Origin: Chitinophagales bacterium
Lineage (GTDB): Bacteria > Bacteroidota > Bacteroidia > Chitinophagales > Chitinophagaceae
Length of the DNA: 64,000 bases
Direction of reading: 5' to 3'
Assembly: GCA_017303415.1 (NCBI GenBank)
Contig: JAFLBJ010000002.1
Span: forward strand, 1 to 64,000
In this document: positions 17,799 through 28,342 of the stretch, piece after piece
Numbering within the stretch: position 1 is the first letter of the stretch
Layout of the letters: the number at the start of each line of letters is the position of its first letter
Translations under genes and position numbers: made by a program
The notes under the pieces: model-generated
The model's input: the letters and a program-made list of their open reading frames with translations, nothing else
Told to the model about the DNA's origin: nothing
The model's database searches: none

Positions 17799-19235
17799 TC
17801 ACTTCGGGCAATCCAGCCTTCTATCCCCTCTCGATCCGGTGATATCGCGGGAGCGAAGGATGATGGCGAAGTAGCCGCCACCCCGGGTGATTTTCTTTTG
17901 GGAGAATATATTGGCCAGGTTATGGACCCCAAACAGGACGGGTCCCAGGCGCACGGCCCCACCGATCCAGAACTGGCTTCGGTCATTGACATAGACAGGG
18001 ATATAAAAACCTTTTCGTTTGGTCTCCCATCTGGGTGTGATCGTCAGTTGGTTAATATCCCTGACCCGGATATTGTCCTTGATCGGGAGTTTGGAGAGGT
18101 CAACAGATAATTCGGCATTCACAAAAAAGGATCCGGTTACAAAGCGGTCAACATTTACGACCATTCTGGCGGGGTGGTTGATCCGGTATTTTCCTTCGTA
18201 GGTGCCAGAGAATTGGTATAAAGAGGAAAGGCTGTCCTTGAAAGATCGGAGGGTCTTGGTGGTGGAGTCCAGACTACGATCCAGGCGCAGGTCTGTTACA
18301 TTGGGACGTATACTGGCTACCGCTGTGCTGTATTTGCCAAAATGATATTGGGTATAGCCCAGATCAAGAAAGGAAAGCCCGATCTTCCAGTCATAGTCAA
18401 AATAGCTTTCTTCGGTTTCGGGTGTTTCCGGGGCGACGGGTTTTAACAGCAGTTCAAAACCGATATCGGCGGAGGCACCACTTTCGGTAAAAGAAAAAAA
18501 GGAACCCAGGTTCTTCCCCGTACTTTGATTGCCATCCCATCGGTCGAGGTTGGAGGAATACCCCCAGCGGGTCTCCGCACTGGTGACCAGGTATTCGACG
18601 GGGTCAGTGGCGGGAATCCGTTGAAAACGGCCATTGTCAATATTGGCAAAGATTCCGGCTACTCCCCGGTTGCCCTTGAGAGTAAGTCCTGCATTTAACC
18701 GGAGGAATTCATTTTCATAGATCGTGCGTCCATACGACAGATAGAGTTCAGCCCAGGAACTGTTAACCAGCGATCCGGTCATTCCCTGGTTGGCTTCATT
18801 CATGCCAAAGAATTCGCCAAATCGCTTGATCGTATCGATATAGTTATAGACAGAAGATTTGACATCGGTATAAGACCTGACATTGATGCCAAAGGCAATG
18901 GCATTCTGTTTATTCAGGGCGATACGCCCATTTAGCAGGTTCAGGTTGGCATTGACGGCACCATAGCGTTTGAAGTTTCCCTCTTTCACCAGGTATTCCG
19001 AATTGGCCGGATTGGAAATAAGGGAGTATTTGAAAACATCTACAATATTGGTGTAGTGTTTATCCTGGAAACCAAACAGGGTCAGGTCCCATTTAACGGG
19101 TACATTGACCATGGCGGCCGGGTTGTTGTGAACATTGAGCGAACCGGTGTATGATGATCCATTGGTCGCGGTGTAATTTTGCGCGGATACCCAAAGGTTC
19201 AGTACCAATATTATTGTGGTGAAGGCAGCTTTCAT
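17799..19235 (-). CDS. Hypothetical secreted/outer-membrane protein
   Basis: Signal peptide MKAAFTTIILVLNLWVSAQ. 478 aa. Beta-rich with many aromatic residues. Confidence 0.45.
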   Translation of the reverse strand: MKAAFTTIILVLNLWVSAQNYTATNGSSYTGSLNVHNNPAAMVNVPVKWDLTLFGFQDKHYTNIVDVFKYSLISNPANSEYLVKEGNFKRYGAVNANLNLLNGRIALNKQNAIAFGINVRSYTDVKSSVYNYIDTIKRFGEFFGMNEANQGMTGSLVNSSWAELYLSYGRTIYENEFLRLNAGLTLKGNRGVAGIFANIDNGRFQRIPATDPVEYLVTSAETRWGYSSNLDRWDGNQSTGKNLGSFFSFTESGASADIGFELLLKPVAPETPETEESYFDYDWKIGLSFLDLGYTQYHFGKYSTAVASIRPNVTDLRLDRSLDSTTKTLRSFKDSLSSLYQFSGTYEGKYRINHPARMVVNVDRFVTGSFFVNAELSVDLSKLPIKDNIRVRDINQLTITPRWETKRKGFYIPVYVNDRSQFWIGGAVRLGPVLFGVHNLANIFSQKKITRGGGYFAIILRSRDITGSRGDRRLDCPK

Positions 19236-19262
19236 AAAAAAAGACCTAAGTAAAAGGTCTTT
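19236..19262 (-). terminator. Rho-independent terminator after the flotillin gene
   Basis: Minus-strand 'agaccttttacttaggtct' plus a T7 run. Abuts the start codon of the downstream gene. Confidence 0.6.
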
Positions 19263-19297
19263 AAAGTATTAGCTGCAAAGAAATGGAATTATTCGGA

Positions 19298-20815
19298 CTA
19301 TTCCGTTGATTGTACGGTGTTCGAATCTCCGGCATTTTTCTTGCCAAGATAAGTTGGAAGATCCATGCCTGCCATATCGAAAATATCCTTAAGTGGTGGT
19401 ACGGAGCGGTAAAGTCCACTCACGAAATTGGCTGTTGAATTCTTGCCATCTGTTTGTTGTCCCCCATCCCATACGGTCACCTTATCGATCTTGATATTCT
19501 TTATGGCTTCGGTTTGTAATCTGACCAGTTCAGGTAATTTGTCAGCTATAAGCAATAACACGGCATCTTTGGGATCATCCCCGGCGGCTTTCACGATCCG
19601 GTCAAGGCCTTCGGCTTGTTTGGTCAGAATTTCATACATACCTCTGGCTTCGGCTTCCAGTTTGGCAAAAATCGCATCTGCTTCACCCTTGGCTCTTTCC
19701 CGCAATCTTTCTGCTTCGGCCTGGGCTTCAATGATGGCTTTTTGCTTTTGGATCTCTGCACTTACTACAATGTTCGCATTTTGTGCAGCGCGGTCTCTCT
19801 CAGCACGTGCATTTTCCGCTCTTTGTTCTGCCAGGTAGGCTTCTTCCAGAGCTTTTGCTGTTTGTACTTTTTCGGCTGAGATGGCTATTTTTAGTGCTTC
19901 TGCTTCTCTTTCCCGTCTTTTCGCATCAGAATCGGCGATCTGGATCTTGGATTGGTTTTCTCCCTGGACAGCAAGGGCATTGGCTTCCGCCATCTTGATC
20001 CGGCTGTCCCTTTCCGCTTCTGCTTTACCAATATGTTCATCCCGGTTTGCGCCGGCGATCTTGATCTCTTTGTCTTTATTGGCCATGGCGACCTCTGTAT
20101 CGCGGTCACGGAGCATTTCAGCCACTTTAATATCCCTGTCTTTCTCTGCAAGGGTTTTACCGATATCCCCGGTCCTCTCTTGTTCCGCCACCCGCATCTT
20201 GGCCTCATTAATGGCTTTGGCGGCAGCATCCTTACCCAGGGCCTCGATATAACCGCTCTCGTCTTTGATATCGGTAACGTTCACGTTGATCATTTTCAAA
20301 CCGATCTTATTCAATTCGGCTTCGACATTGGAGGCAATATTGGCCAGGAACTTATCCCGGTTATTATTGATCTCTTCAATATCCATCATCGCCACAACGA
20401 GGCGCATTTGACCCAGGATGATGTCTTTGGCGAGATCATGTACCTCCGGTCTTTGTAAACCCAGCAGACGCTCAGCGGCATTCTGCATCACAGAGGGCTC
20501 TGTGCTGATACCAACCGTATAACGGGAGGGTACGTCCACACGGATGTTTTGTTTACTCAACGCACTGGTCAGATTTACTTCGATAGAAATCGGGGTCAGG
20601 TCAAGAAAGGCATAGTCCTGTATAACCGGAACGATAAACGCCGCTCCGCCATGGATACATTTAGCTGTGCGAGATCCATCGGGACCTTTCCCAACCTTTC
20701 CGTAAACAACGAGGATCCGGTCTGAAGGACAACGCTTATACCTCCTGAATAAAGAAATTAATAGAATAAATAAAAAAACGACCGCGACGACAATGACGAC
20801 CAGCAATGGTTCCAT
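19298..20815 (-). CDS. Flotillin-like SPFH/band-7 domain protein
   Basis: N-terminal TM. SPFH domain. Long A/E/K/R-rich coiled-coil (EAERLRERAKGEADAIFAKLEAEARG). 505 aa. Confidence 0.8.
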   Translation of the reverse strand: MEPLLVVIVVAVVFLFILLISLFRRYKRCPSDRILVVYGKVGKGPDGSRTAKCIHGGAAFIVPVIQDYAFLDLTPISIEVNLTSALSKQNIRVDVPSRYTVGISTEPSVMQNAAERLLGLQRPEVHDLAKDIILGQMRLVVAMMDIEEINNNRDKFLANIASNVEAELNKIGLKMINVNVTDIKDESGYIEALGKDAAAKAINEAKMRVAEQERTGDIGKTLAEKDRDIKVAEMLRDRDTEVAMANKDKEIKIAGANRDEHIGKAEAERDSRIKMAEANALAVQGENQSKIQIADSDAKRREREAEALKIAISAEKVQTAKALEEAYLAEQRAENARAERDRAAQNANIVVSAEIQKQKAIIEAQAEAERLRERAKGEADAIFAKLEAEARGMYEILTKQAEGLDRIVKAAGDDPKDAVLLLIADKLPELVRLQTEAIKNIKIDKVTVWDGGQQTDGKNSTANFVSGLYRSVPPLKDIFDMAGMDLPTYLGKKNAGDSNTVQSTE

Positions 20816-20834
20816 AAAACTTCAGTTTAATTTA

Positions 20835-21431
20835 TTAGGATAAGTGTGCAGTAACAACCAGTATCTCATTATTTAATATCCTCAGGACTCTGATCATTTT
20901 GCCCGTTGGAATTGTTACCTCATCTTCCGTAATGGCTTTTATTTCGTGTAAGGAATTCTGAATAGTGATCCGCACCTTGCCAGCACCTTCGTTTTTGGCA
21001 GGAATGGGTATATAGGTCTCTCCCAGTTTCCCGACAGCATTATTGATCTCCATGGTTCCGCTTTCCTTTAAACGTCCCACGTTACGCAACAAGAGAATCA
21101 TCAGGGCCACCATACCTAACCCCGCCAGTAATGCGATCAGTATACTGACACCTTTTCCATAGCCACTTGAATAGGCCGCTACTCCAGCCCAGCCAAACAT
21201 GGTAAAAAAAGCGATCAGGTTTTTGATGGTAAAATACTGGGTGCCGACACCATCATCGTCTCCAATGGCTTCATCTGAATCACCAATCGAATCTGTGTCG
21301 GAAGAATCCCCGCCAACAAAGGACATGATCGTTTGTACAAGAAATAAAAGGGAGAAAATTAAGGCGATGGTCCAAATGATCTTTTCAAAAGAATCCAGGG
21401 CATTCCACCAGCCTGTTATGTCAAGTAGCAT
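20835..21431 (-). CDS. NfeD-family membrane protein (YqiJ-like partner of flotillin)
   Basis: TM helices followed by a C-terminal OB-like domain. Immediately upstream of flotillin in the same orientation. Confidence 0.6.
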   Translation of the reverse strand: MLLDITGWWNALDSFEKIIWTIALIFSLLFLVQTIMSFVGGDSSDTDSIGDSDEAIGDDDGVGTQYFTIKNLIAFFTMFGWAGVAAYSSGYGKGVSILIALLAGLGMVALMILLLRNVGRLKESGTMEINNAVGKLGETYIPIPAKNEGAGKVRITIQNSLHEIKAITEDEVTIPTGKMIRVLRILNNEILVVTAHLS

Positions 21432-21457
21432 GTTAATAAGGTTGATGACCGAAATTA

Positions 21458-21496
21458 ACTAAAAAGAAAATGTCCCGGTGGAAAACCAGGACATTA
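21458..21496 (-). terminator. Rho-independent terminator after the E2 gene
   Basis: Minus-strand 'atgtcctggttttccaccgggacat' followed by TTTCTTTTT. Confidence 0.6.
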
Positions 21497-21538
21497 TAAA
21501 ATGATTTTTTTCTGACTTTTTCAGGAGGAAAAAACAAT

Positions 21539-23179
21539 CTACACAAGCATCCGCAATGGCTCTTCCAACAGGGACTTCAATGTTTGCAGGAATGCAGAAC
21601 CCGTTGCGCCATCTACCACACGGTGATCGCAACTCAAAGTCACTTTCATCACATTTCCAGGAACCACAGAACCATTTTTGACTACGGGCACCTGATTAAT
21701 GGCGCCAACTGCGAGGATGCATGCATCCGGTGGATTGATGATAGCTGTAAATTCCTCGATCCCAAACATCCCCAGATTGGAAATGGTGAAAGTGTTTCCT
21801 TCCCAATCAGCTGGTTGCAATTTTTTATCCTTGGCTTTCTGGGCAAATGTTTTCACTTCGGAGGCGATCTGCGACAAAGATTTGCCATCGGCAAACCGTA
21901 CCACAGGCACCAGCAATCCATCTTCTACTGCTACAGCAACGCCAATATTTACATGATGATTTTTACGAATATGGTCACCCATCCAACTGCTGTTGACAGC
22001 GGGGTGTTGTTTCAGTGCCAGCGCACAGGCTTTCAGCACCATATCATTAAAGGAGATCTTAACGGGTGCCACTTCATTGATCTTTGCCCGGCTCTCTACC
22101 GCTTTATCCATATCAATGGCCATGGTCAAATAAAAATGGGGGGCAGTGAATTTGCTTTCTGCCAAGCGTTTAGCAATGATCTTACGCATTTGGGATACCG
22201 GCACATCTTCAAAGCTTACCTGACCTACTGGTCCGGAAGCAACGACGGGCGCCGATGATGACGTCGCGGAAGCTTTTTCGGGAGCAGGGGAGGCTTTGAA
22301 ATTATCGATATCGGCCTTTACAATACGGCCACCGTCGCCGGAGCCATGTACGCGGGAGATATCAATGCCTTTATCGGCTGCAAGTTTGCGGGCAAGCGGG
22401 GAGGCCTTTACCCTTCCGTTATGTTGTGATTCCTGAACAGCAGCCACCTCCGTTGATTTTGCCTCCGCGGCGGGTTGACCGGCTGCCGCAGCGGCTGTTG
22501 TAGCTGTTGCCACAGCAGCACCGCCTTTTACAGCGGCTACGATAGCATCCACATCCACCTTTCCTTTTTCACCTATGATACAGAGCAGGTCGTTTACAGC
22601 GATCTTCTGTCCTTTCTCGGCACCAACGTATAACAGGGTTCCGTTCTTATAGCTTTCCAGTTCCATGGTGGCTTTATCGGTTTCGATCTCCGCCAGCAGG
22701 TCACCTTTTTTCACGGTATCGCCTACTTTCTTTGCCCATGAAGCGATCACGCCGTCGGTCATGGTATCACTAAGCCGGGGCATCAATACCACTTCATCCA
22801 TTTTGGAAACATCCAAGGCCGGTGAGGCAGGTGTTGAGGCGGCAGGAGCTGCGGTTGGAGCGGCCGCTGGAGCAGGGGCCTCTTTTTTGGGAGCTGCTTT
22901 TTTACCTCCGGTTGAACCAATGATACCGGAAATATCTTCCCCGGCACTACCGACCACAGCCAGCAGGTCATCTACCTGTAGCTTTCCGCCCTTTTCGGTG
23001 CCGATATGCAGTAATACGCCATCTTTATAGCTTTCCAACTCCATGGTGGCCTTATCGGTTTCGATCTCCGCCAACAGGTCGCCTTTTTTAACCGGGTCGC
23101 CCACTTTTTTGTGCCAGGCCGCGATCACACCTTCCGTCATCGTGTCACTTAGCCTGGGCATTAAAATCGTTTCAGCCAT
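21539..23179 (-). CDS. Dihydrolipoamide acetyltransferase (E2) of the pyruvate dehydrogenase complex, with two lipoyl domains
   Basis: Two EIETDKATMELESY lipoyl-Lys motifs. Ala/Pro linkers. Catalytic DHRVVDGA. Start trimmed to MAETILMPRLSD at 23179. Confidence 0.85.
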   Translation of the reverse strand: MAETILMPRLSDTMTEGVIAAWHKKVGDPVKKGDLLAEIETDKATMELESYKDGVLLHIGTEKGGKLQVDDLLAVVGSAGEDISGIIGSTGGKKAAPKKEAPAPAAAPTAAPAASTPASPALDVSKMDEVVLMPRLSDTMTDGVIASWAKKVGDTVKKGDLLAEIETDKATMELESYKNGTLLYVGAEKGQKIAVNDLLCIIGEKGKVDVDAIVAAVKGGAAVATATTAAAAAGQPAAEAKSTEVAAVQESQHNGRVKASPLARKLAADKGIDISRVHGSGDGGRIVKADIDNFKASPAPEKASATSSSAPVVASGPVGQVSFEDVPVSQMRKIIAKRLAESKFTAPHFYLTMAIDMDKAVESRAKINEVAPVKISFNDMVLKACALALKQHPAVNSSWMGDHIRKNHHVNIGVAVAVEDGLLVPVVRFADGKSLSQIASEVKTFAQKAKDKKLQPADWEGNTFTISNLGMFGIEEFTAIINPPDACILAVGAINQVPVVKNGSVVPGNVMKVTLSCDHRVVDGATGSAFLQTLKSLLEEPLRMLV

Positions 23180-23224
23180 GTAAAGCAAATTTTGGCTCGA
23201 AATTAAGGTAAAATAGGGAATCAA

Positions 23225-24994
23225 TCAGTAGTCCAGTTCCAATCCCAGCCGCTCGCGCAGCTCTTTGACCAGGGGATGGTCCTTCACCATTTCCAGGTAT
23301 TGCTCGCGAATGGTGGGTGGGGCATCCGCTTTGGGTTTCTGATCGGGGTTTTCCTCGATGAGGATCGTGAACTGGATAGGGCGGATATTCAATTGTTGCT
23401 GGAGAAATTCACTGGCATGTATCCGCTCTTTATCCAGGAACTTTTGTTCCAGGTTATTATTGGTGATGGCCTCAAAACTATTGGCCGAAGTGATCCGTAA
23501 ACTGGCCAACTGAAAGGGCTGGGCGGCTGAATTCTTTTCTTCCTTTAGCTTGGCAATAAATGCATTCCAGGCTTCCTGTAGTGCTTTTTCCTCCAATACC
23601 TGTGGAGCCTGAGTAGCGGCTTCCGTTCCAGCAGGGCCTCCCACCTTGGTTCGGATCTTATTGAGTGCACTGAGCTTTCCGGCGATACCCGGCTGAGCCC
23701 GTTCGGTAACAGGCTCTTTACGGGCAGGTGGGGTTTCAATAACGAGTTTAGGAGAGGTGGAAACCGGTTGTTTGGTAACCGGTGAGGCCTTTTCAGTCGT
23801 TTTTACCTCCAATGGGGTAAGCTTGCGGAAATTTACCGGTCTTACCTGGTCAAGTTGTTTTTTTTTTACCAAACCGCCTTCCTCAGCGGTGATCTCCAGG
23901 GCTTGCTGCAGATAGGAGAGTTTGATCAGGGCCAATTCAACATGCAGCTTCTTATTGCGGGCCGCTTTGTAATTCAACTCAGCCTCCCCGAGAATATTCA
24001 GGGCACTGATCAGCCAGGCGGTGCTTACCCGGGCGGCCTTTTCCCGGTATTTATCCTGGAAGCTTTCCACGACTTCGAGTAAGGCGGCAGCTTTTTCGTC
24101 TTTGCAGACCAATAAATTCCGGATGAATTCGGCAAATCCATTGATCACCATATCACCTTCAAATCCCTTGCGGTTGATATCGTCAAACAGTACCAGGGTA
24201 CCGGCCAGGTCCTGCTCCAACATAAGATCGAGCAACCGGAAATAATAATCCGCATCCAGGATATTCAGGTGTTCGAGTGTATTGGTATAATTGAGTTCCC
24301 CGCCAGTGAAGCTGACGATCTTATCGAGTATACTCAACGCATCCCGCATACAACCTTCGCTCTTTTGGGCAATAACCTGTAAGGCGGCTTTATCGGATTT
24401 AATCGTTTCTTTCTGACAGATTTCTTCGAGATGCTCAACCGTATCGTTCAGCGTGATCCGCTTGAAATCAAAGATCTGGCATCGGCTGAGGATCGTGGGA
24501 AGGATCTTATGTTTCTCCGTTGTGGCCAGAATGAAAATAGCGTAGGAGGGGGGCTCTTCCAGGGTTTTTAGAAAAGCATTGAAGGCAGCCGAACTAAGCA
24601 TGTGTACCTCGTCAATGATATACACTTTATACTTGCCGGCCTGTGGGGCAAAACGAACCTGTTCCACCAGGGTGCGGATATCATCCACCGAGTTGTTCGA
24701 CGCCGCATCCAGTTCATGGATATTCATCGAAGTACCTTCATTAAAAGAGGTACAGGAATTACAGGTATTACAGGCTTCCCCATCTTTGGTCCTGTTCTCA
24801 CAGTTGATCGTTTTGGCGAGAATACGCGCACAGGTGGTCTTACCTACACCTCTTGGTCCACAAAACAGGAAGGCATGGGCCAATTGATTCTGTTTGATGG
24901 CATTTTTGAGCGTTGTGGTAATATGTGCCTGCCCCACCACTGTATCAAACAGTTGGGGCCTGTATTTTCGTGCCGAAACGATGAACTTCTCCAT
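23225..24994 (-). CDS. dnaX: DNA polymerase III subunits gamma/tau
   Basis: Walker A FLFCGPRGVGKTT. Zinc-module Cys cluster CNTCNSC. SRC motif. 589 aa. Contains the A10 run at 23858-23867. Confidence 0.9.
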   Translation of the reverse strand: MEKFIVSARKYRPQLFDTVVGQAHITTTLKNAIKQNQLAHAFLFCGPRGVGKTTCARILAKTINCENRTKDGEACNTCNSCTSFNEGTSMNIHELDAASNNSVDDIRTLVEQVRFAPQAGKYKVYIIDEVHMLSSAAFNAFLKTLEEPPSYAIFILATTEKHKILPTILSRCQIFDFKRITLNDTVEHLEEICQKETIKSDKAALQVIAQKSEGCMRDALSILDKIVSFTGGELNYTNTLEHLNILDADYYFRLLDLMLEQDLAGTLVLFDDINRKGFEGDMVINGFAEFIRNLLVCKDEKAAALLEVVESFQDKYREKAARVSTAWLISALNILGEAELNYKAARNKKLHVELALIKLSYLQQALEITAEEGGLVKKKQLDQVRPVNFRKLTPLEVKTTEKASPVTKQPVSTSPKLVIETPPARKEPVTERAQPGIAGKLSALNKIRTKVGGPAGTEAATQAPQVLEEKALQEAWNAFIAKLKEEKNSAAQPFQLASLRITSANSFEAITNNNLEQKFLDKERIHASEFLQQQLNIRPIQFTILIEENPDQKPKADAPPTIREQYLEMVKDHPLVKELRERLGLELDY

Positions 24995-25057
24995 AGCGAA
25001 GGTGCAAGTTAAAGAAAAGGGAAGAGCTAAAAATGATTAGCTTTTAGTTATTAGCGA

Positions 25058-26242
25058 TTAGCTTTCGCCTTTTCTGAATTCAAGTATCGGATGCTTTTTG
25101 AACTCTTTTGTCCGGTCAAACAAAAACCGGTAGGTATGTAATTTTCGGCTTCGGTAGGTATCGCCGAAGTTCTCGGCCACATTGATCATTTTCGGGTTGA
25201 AGTCACCGATCCAGAGCATTTCATACCGGGTGTATTGTTTCAGGGGCTGGATGGTCAGTGCCGCTTCATTGATGATGTATGCATCCACGCCAGTGCCCTG
25301 AAATTCAGGGACAATGCCAAATATCAGTCCGCAAAAACTCCGGTTGGGTTTGGTGGCTTTATACCAGAGGAATTTGAGTTTGTGCCAGAGATCGAATTTA
25401 CCATTCAGGTATTTGAACCACTGGTTGAGATCGGGGATATTGAGAAAAATGGCGACCGGTTCATTATTATAATATACAAACCAGGCTACTTTTTCATCCA
25501 TCACCGGCTTCATTTTGCGGAACAGCGTCAATACCTGCTCTTTTTTCATTTGCTTCAAACCGCTATGTCCTGCCCAGGCCTTGTTATATACCGTTGTAAA
25601 ATCGGCTGCATATTTTTCCAGCTTGTTCTTGCGAATATGTTCCGCGCGATAGCCCGGGTCTTTGGATAAAAGGGCATGCCGGTCTTTGATCTTCTGGCTC
25701 ACCGGCAGATCGGGGTCCACCGCAAAACAGGTCTGGGTATAAAATACCTGAAACCCGTAGGATTCAAATAATTTATAATAATAGGGCGGGTTGTAATTGA
25801 GCCCGTACACCGGCGGATTAAACCCTTCTACCAATACCCCCCACCAGCGATCACGCTCTCCGAAATTGATCGGGCCATCCATGGCTTCCATGCCTTTTGA
25901 TTTGAGCCAGTCACGGGCAGCATCAAAAAGCGTGTTGGCGGCCGACTGGTCTTCGATGCAATCAAAGAAACCAATGCCCCCCACAGGCACATCGTCGCCT
26001 TTGTTCTTGTATTTTTTATTGGTAAAAGCGGCAATGCGGCCAATGAGCTTTCCGCGACTGTCTTTCAGTATCCAGCGCATGGCTTCCCCCTGGCGGAAAA
26101 ACTTGTTCTTTTCCGGATCGAATATTTCATTGATGTCCTTGTCCAGCGGACGTATATAATTCGGGTTTCCCTTATTAACAAGGGCATTAACTTTCAGGAA
26201 GTCCCTGCGGGTGGACCCGTCATTTACCTCGATCAATTGCAT
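25058..26242 (-). CDS. Conserved hypothetical protein, possibly with a GNAT-like acyltransferase fold
   Basis: 394 aa. No clear motifs. Recalls a conserved Bacteroidota family. Confidence 0.35.
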   Translation of the reverse strand: MQLIEVNDGSTRRDFLKVNALVNKGNPNYIRPLDKDINEIFDPEKNKFFRQGEAMRWILKDSRGKLIGRIAAFTNKKYKNKGDDVPVGGIGFFDCIEDQSAANTLFDAARDWLKSKGMEAMDGPINFGERDRWWGVLVEGFNPPVYGLNYNPPYYYKLFESYGFQVFYTQTCFAVDPDLPVSQKIKDRHALLSKDPGYRAEHIRKNKLEKYAADFTTVYNKAWAGHSGLKQMKKEQVLTLFRKMKPVMDEKVAWFVYYNNEPVAIFLNIPDLNQWFKYLNGKFDLWHKLKFLWYKATKPNRSFCGLIFGIVPEFQGTGVDAYIINEAALTIQPLKQYTRYEMLWIGDFNPKMINVAENFGDTYRSRKLHTYRFLFDRTKEFKKHPILEFRKGES

Positions 26243-26388
26243 GCCGCAAATATATGTTTATCTGCCTTTTATTTGGCCCCGGTTTCTTGCTGGGATGACG
26301 ATCTTTGCCTACCTTGGTAGAACGAACCATTAAACACCCTATACATCCATTGCTCTTCCAAATCTATCCTCCAACAAATCATACCGAG

Positions 26389-28329
26389 ATGAGATCTTTT
26401 GCATTCGCCCTGATCATGGCTTTGACCCTGGCACCGGCCTTAAACCTGTGTGGGCAATCAGCTGTATCACCGGATGACCTGACAGAAAGCCTGCGCCTTC
26501 GAAAAAAATTCAAAGACGAAGCCTATGTGGCCCTGCGGATCACCGAAAAATACACCTTTGAAAAAGGGGTCAATGAATTAAAACAACCCGTAGTAACCGT
26601 AAAAGAAACCGGCGAAGCCGAATTCATCGGCTTAAAAGACATTGCCATTTTTCAGTACTATAAATTCCATAACCGCTTTGTCAAACTGAAAAGCTTTACC
26701 CGGTATGACAAATACCAGAATAAATATATCCTGACCGGAAAACGTGGTTTCGACCAGTCCGTCACCGATGAAAATACCTTCTTTGATGACAGCCGGGTAC
26801 AGGTCTATTCATTCCGATTTTTGGAAAAAGGAAAGGTGGCAAAGATGAATTGGGTGAGTGAATACACAGATGGAAAATACCTGACCCGGAATTTCTTCCA
26901 CGAGCCTTTTCCGGTGGTAGAAAAAGTGCTGGAATATGAAGTGCCCGAATGGTTGGATATTCAATTTGTGGAGAAGAATTTTCAAGGGTACAAAGTCGAA
27001 AAGACCCGGCGACCTTCGGGTAAGGCCACCATTTATTCTTTTAAGATCAAGGAATATCCGGCCTTGAAGAATGAAGCCAATGACCTGGGTATTGCCTACA
27101 CCCATCCGCATATCCTTACCCAGATAAAATCATTTACCAACGGTTCTGAAAAAATAAATGTGTTTCAGAATACGGCTGATCTTTATAAATGGTATTCCCA
27201 GCTTTATAAAATGGCGGGAAATGATATCTCTCCACTCAAGAGCCAGGTGAACCAGATCACTGCCAATAAGAAAACAGATGAAGAAAAGATCAAGGCGATC
27301 TATTACTGGGTGCAGGACAATATCCGCTATATCGCCTATGAGGATGGGTATGCCGGCTATATTCCTGCCAGCACACAGGAAGTTTATTCGGTAAAATATG
27401 GTGACTGTAAGGGTATGGCCAACCTGTTGACAGAAATGCTCAAGATCGCAGGGTACGACGCCCGCTTTACCTGGATCGGGACAAGACACCTGCCCTATGA
27501 TCACAGCATACCGGTTATGTGCGTAGACAATCATGCCATCACCGCCCTTTATTTTAAAAACAAGGTCTGGTTCCTGGATGGTACAGAAAAATACAATCCC
27601 CTGGGGGAGGATGCCTATCGTATACAAGGCAAATCGGCTTTGATTGAGAAAGGCGAGGCCTTTGAAGAAGTAAAAGTGCCCTTAAGTAAAGCCACCGATC
27701 ATGTGATCCGAACCGTCGCAACACTGCAACTGGAGAATAATTCACTCAAGGGGCATGTAAAGTTTACCCTTACCGGCAATGAGCGAAAGGATTTCCACCA
27801 GCACTACCAGGAAATGCCGCTGTATGCCCAACAGGATTACCTGAAAGAGATATTGGAATTTGGAAATACAAACCTGAAAGCCTCCCAGATCAAAAGCAGT
27901 GACCTCACCAATCGCGAAGTGCCTGTCGTCATCGAAGGGGATATTGACCTGTCCAATAATATCAACAATATTGGCAATGACCAGTATGTCCATATTGATT
28001 TCTTTCCCAAGAACCTGAGCCGGTATATGCCCGATGATAAACGGCAGAAAGGATTTGATTTTGAATCGGTATTTGCCTTTGAAGATGAACTCGAGCTGGT
28101 ACTACCCGCCGGAAAAAAATGTATTGACCTGCCGGAAAAATTGACCATCGACCGACCAGGATATTCCTTTGAGGGCAGTTATGAAACTACCGGAAATAAA
28201 GTGCGGTTGAAAAAAACACTCACGATCAAAGAAAGTGTCATCCCTGCCGATCAGCTTGCCGATTGGAAGGTATTCCTGGAATCGATCCGGGAATTCAACA
28301 GTTACCTGCTTACCATTACCAAAAGCTAA
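26389..28329 (+). CDS. Transglutaminase-like/DUF3857 domain protein (secreted)
   Basis: Signal peptide MRSFAFALIMALTLAPALNLCGQ. Transglutaminase core YGDCKGMANLL. Start trimmed to 26389. Confidence 0.6.
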   Translation: MRSFAFALIMALTLAPALNLCGQSAVSPDDLTESLRLRKKFKDEAYVALRITEKYTFEKGVNELKQPVVTVKETGEAEFIGLKDIAIFQYYKFHNRFVKLKSFTRYDKYQNKYILTGKRGFDQSVTDENTFFDDSRVQVYSFRFLEKGKVAKMNWVSEYTDGKYLTRNFFHEPFPVVEKVLEYEVPEWLDIQFVEKNFQGYKVEKTRRPSGKATIYSFKIKEYPALKNEANDLGIAYTHPHILTQIKSFTNGSEKINVFQNTADLYKWYSQLYKMAGNDISPLKSQVNQITANKKTDEEKIKAIYYWVQDNIRYIAYEDGYAGYIPASTQEVYSVKYGDCKGMANLLTEMLKIAGYDARFTWIGTRHLPYDHSIPVMCVDNHAITALYFKNKVWFLDGTEKYNPLGEDAYRIQGKSALIEKGEAFEEVKVPLSKATDHVIRTVATLQLENNSLKGHVKFTLTGNERKDFHQHYQEMPLYAQQDYLKEILEFGNTNLKASQIKSSDLTNREVPVVIEGDIDLSNNINNIGNDQYVHIDFFPKNLSRYMPDDKRQKGFDFESVFAFEDELELVLPAGKKCIDLPEKLTIDRPGYSFEGSYETTGNKVRLKKTLTIKESVIPADQLADWKVFLESIREFNSYLLTITKS

Positions 28330-28342
28330 ATGAACGTATAGT

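Noticed and set aside
19428-20458. Several 70-170 aa plus-strand ORFs within the flotillin gene
   Set aside because: These are shadow ORFs. The A/E/K-rich coiled-coil coding sequence generates antisense frames free of stops, and the peptides are low-complexity.
21584-22258. 224-aa plus-strand ORF
   Set aside because: It is antisense to the E2 acetyltransferase gene.
23179-23224. 15-aa N-terminal extension of the E2 ORF (MIPYFTLISSQNLLY)
   Set aside because: The conserved E2 N-terminus begins MAETILMPRLSD. The extension would run up against the dnaX stop.
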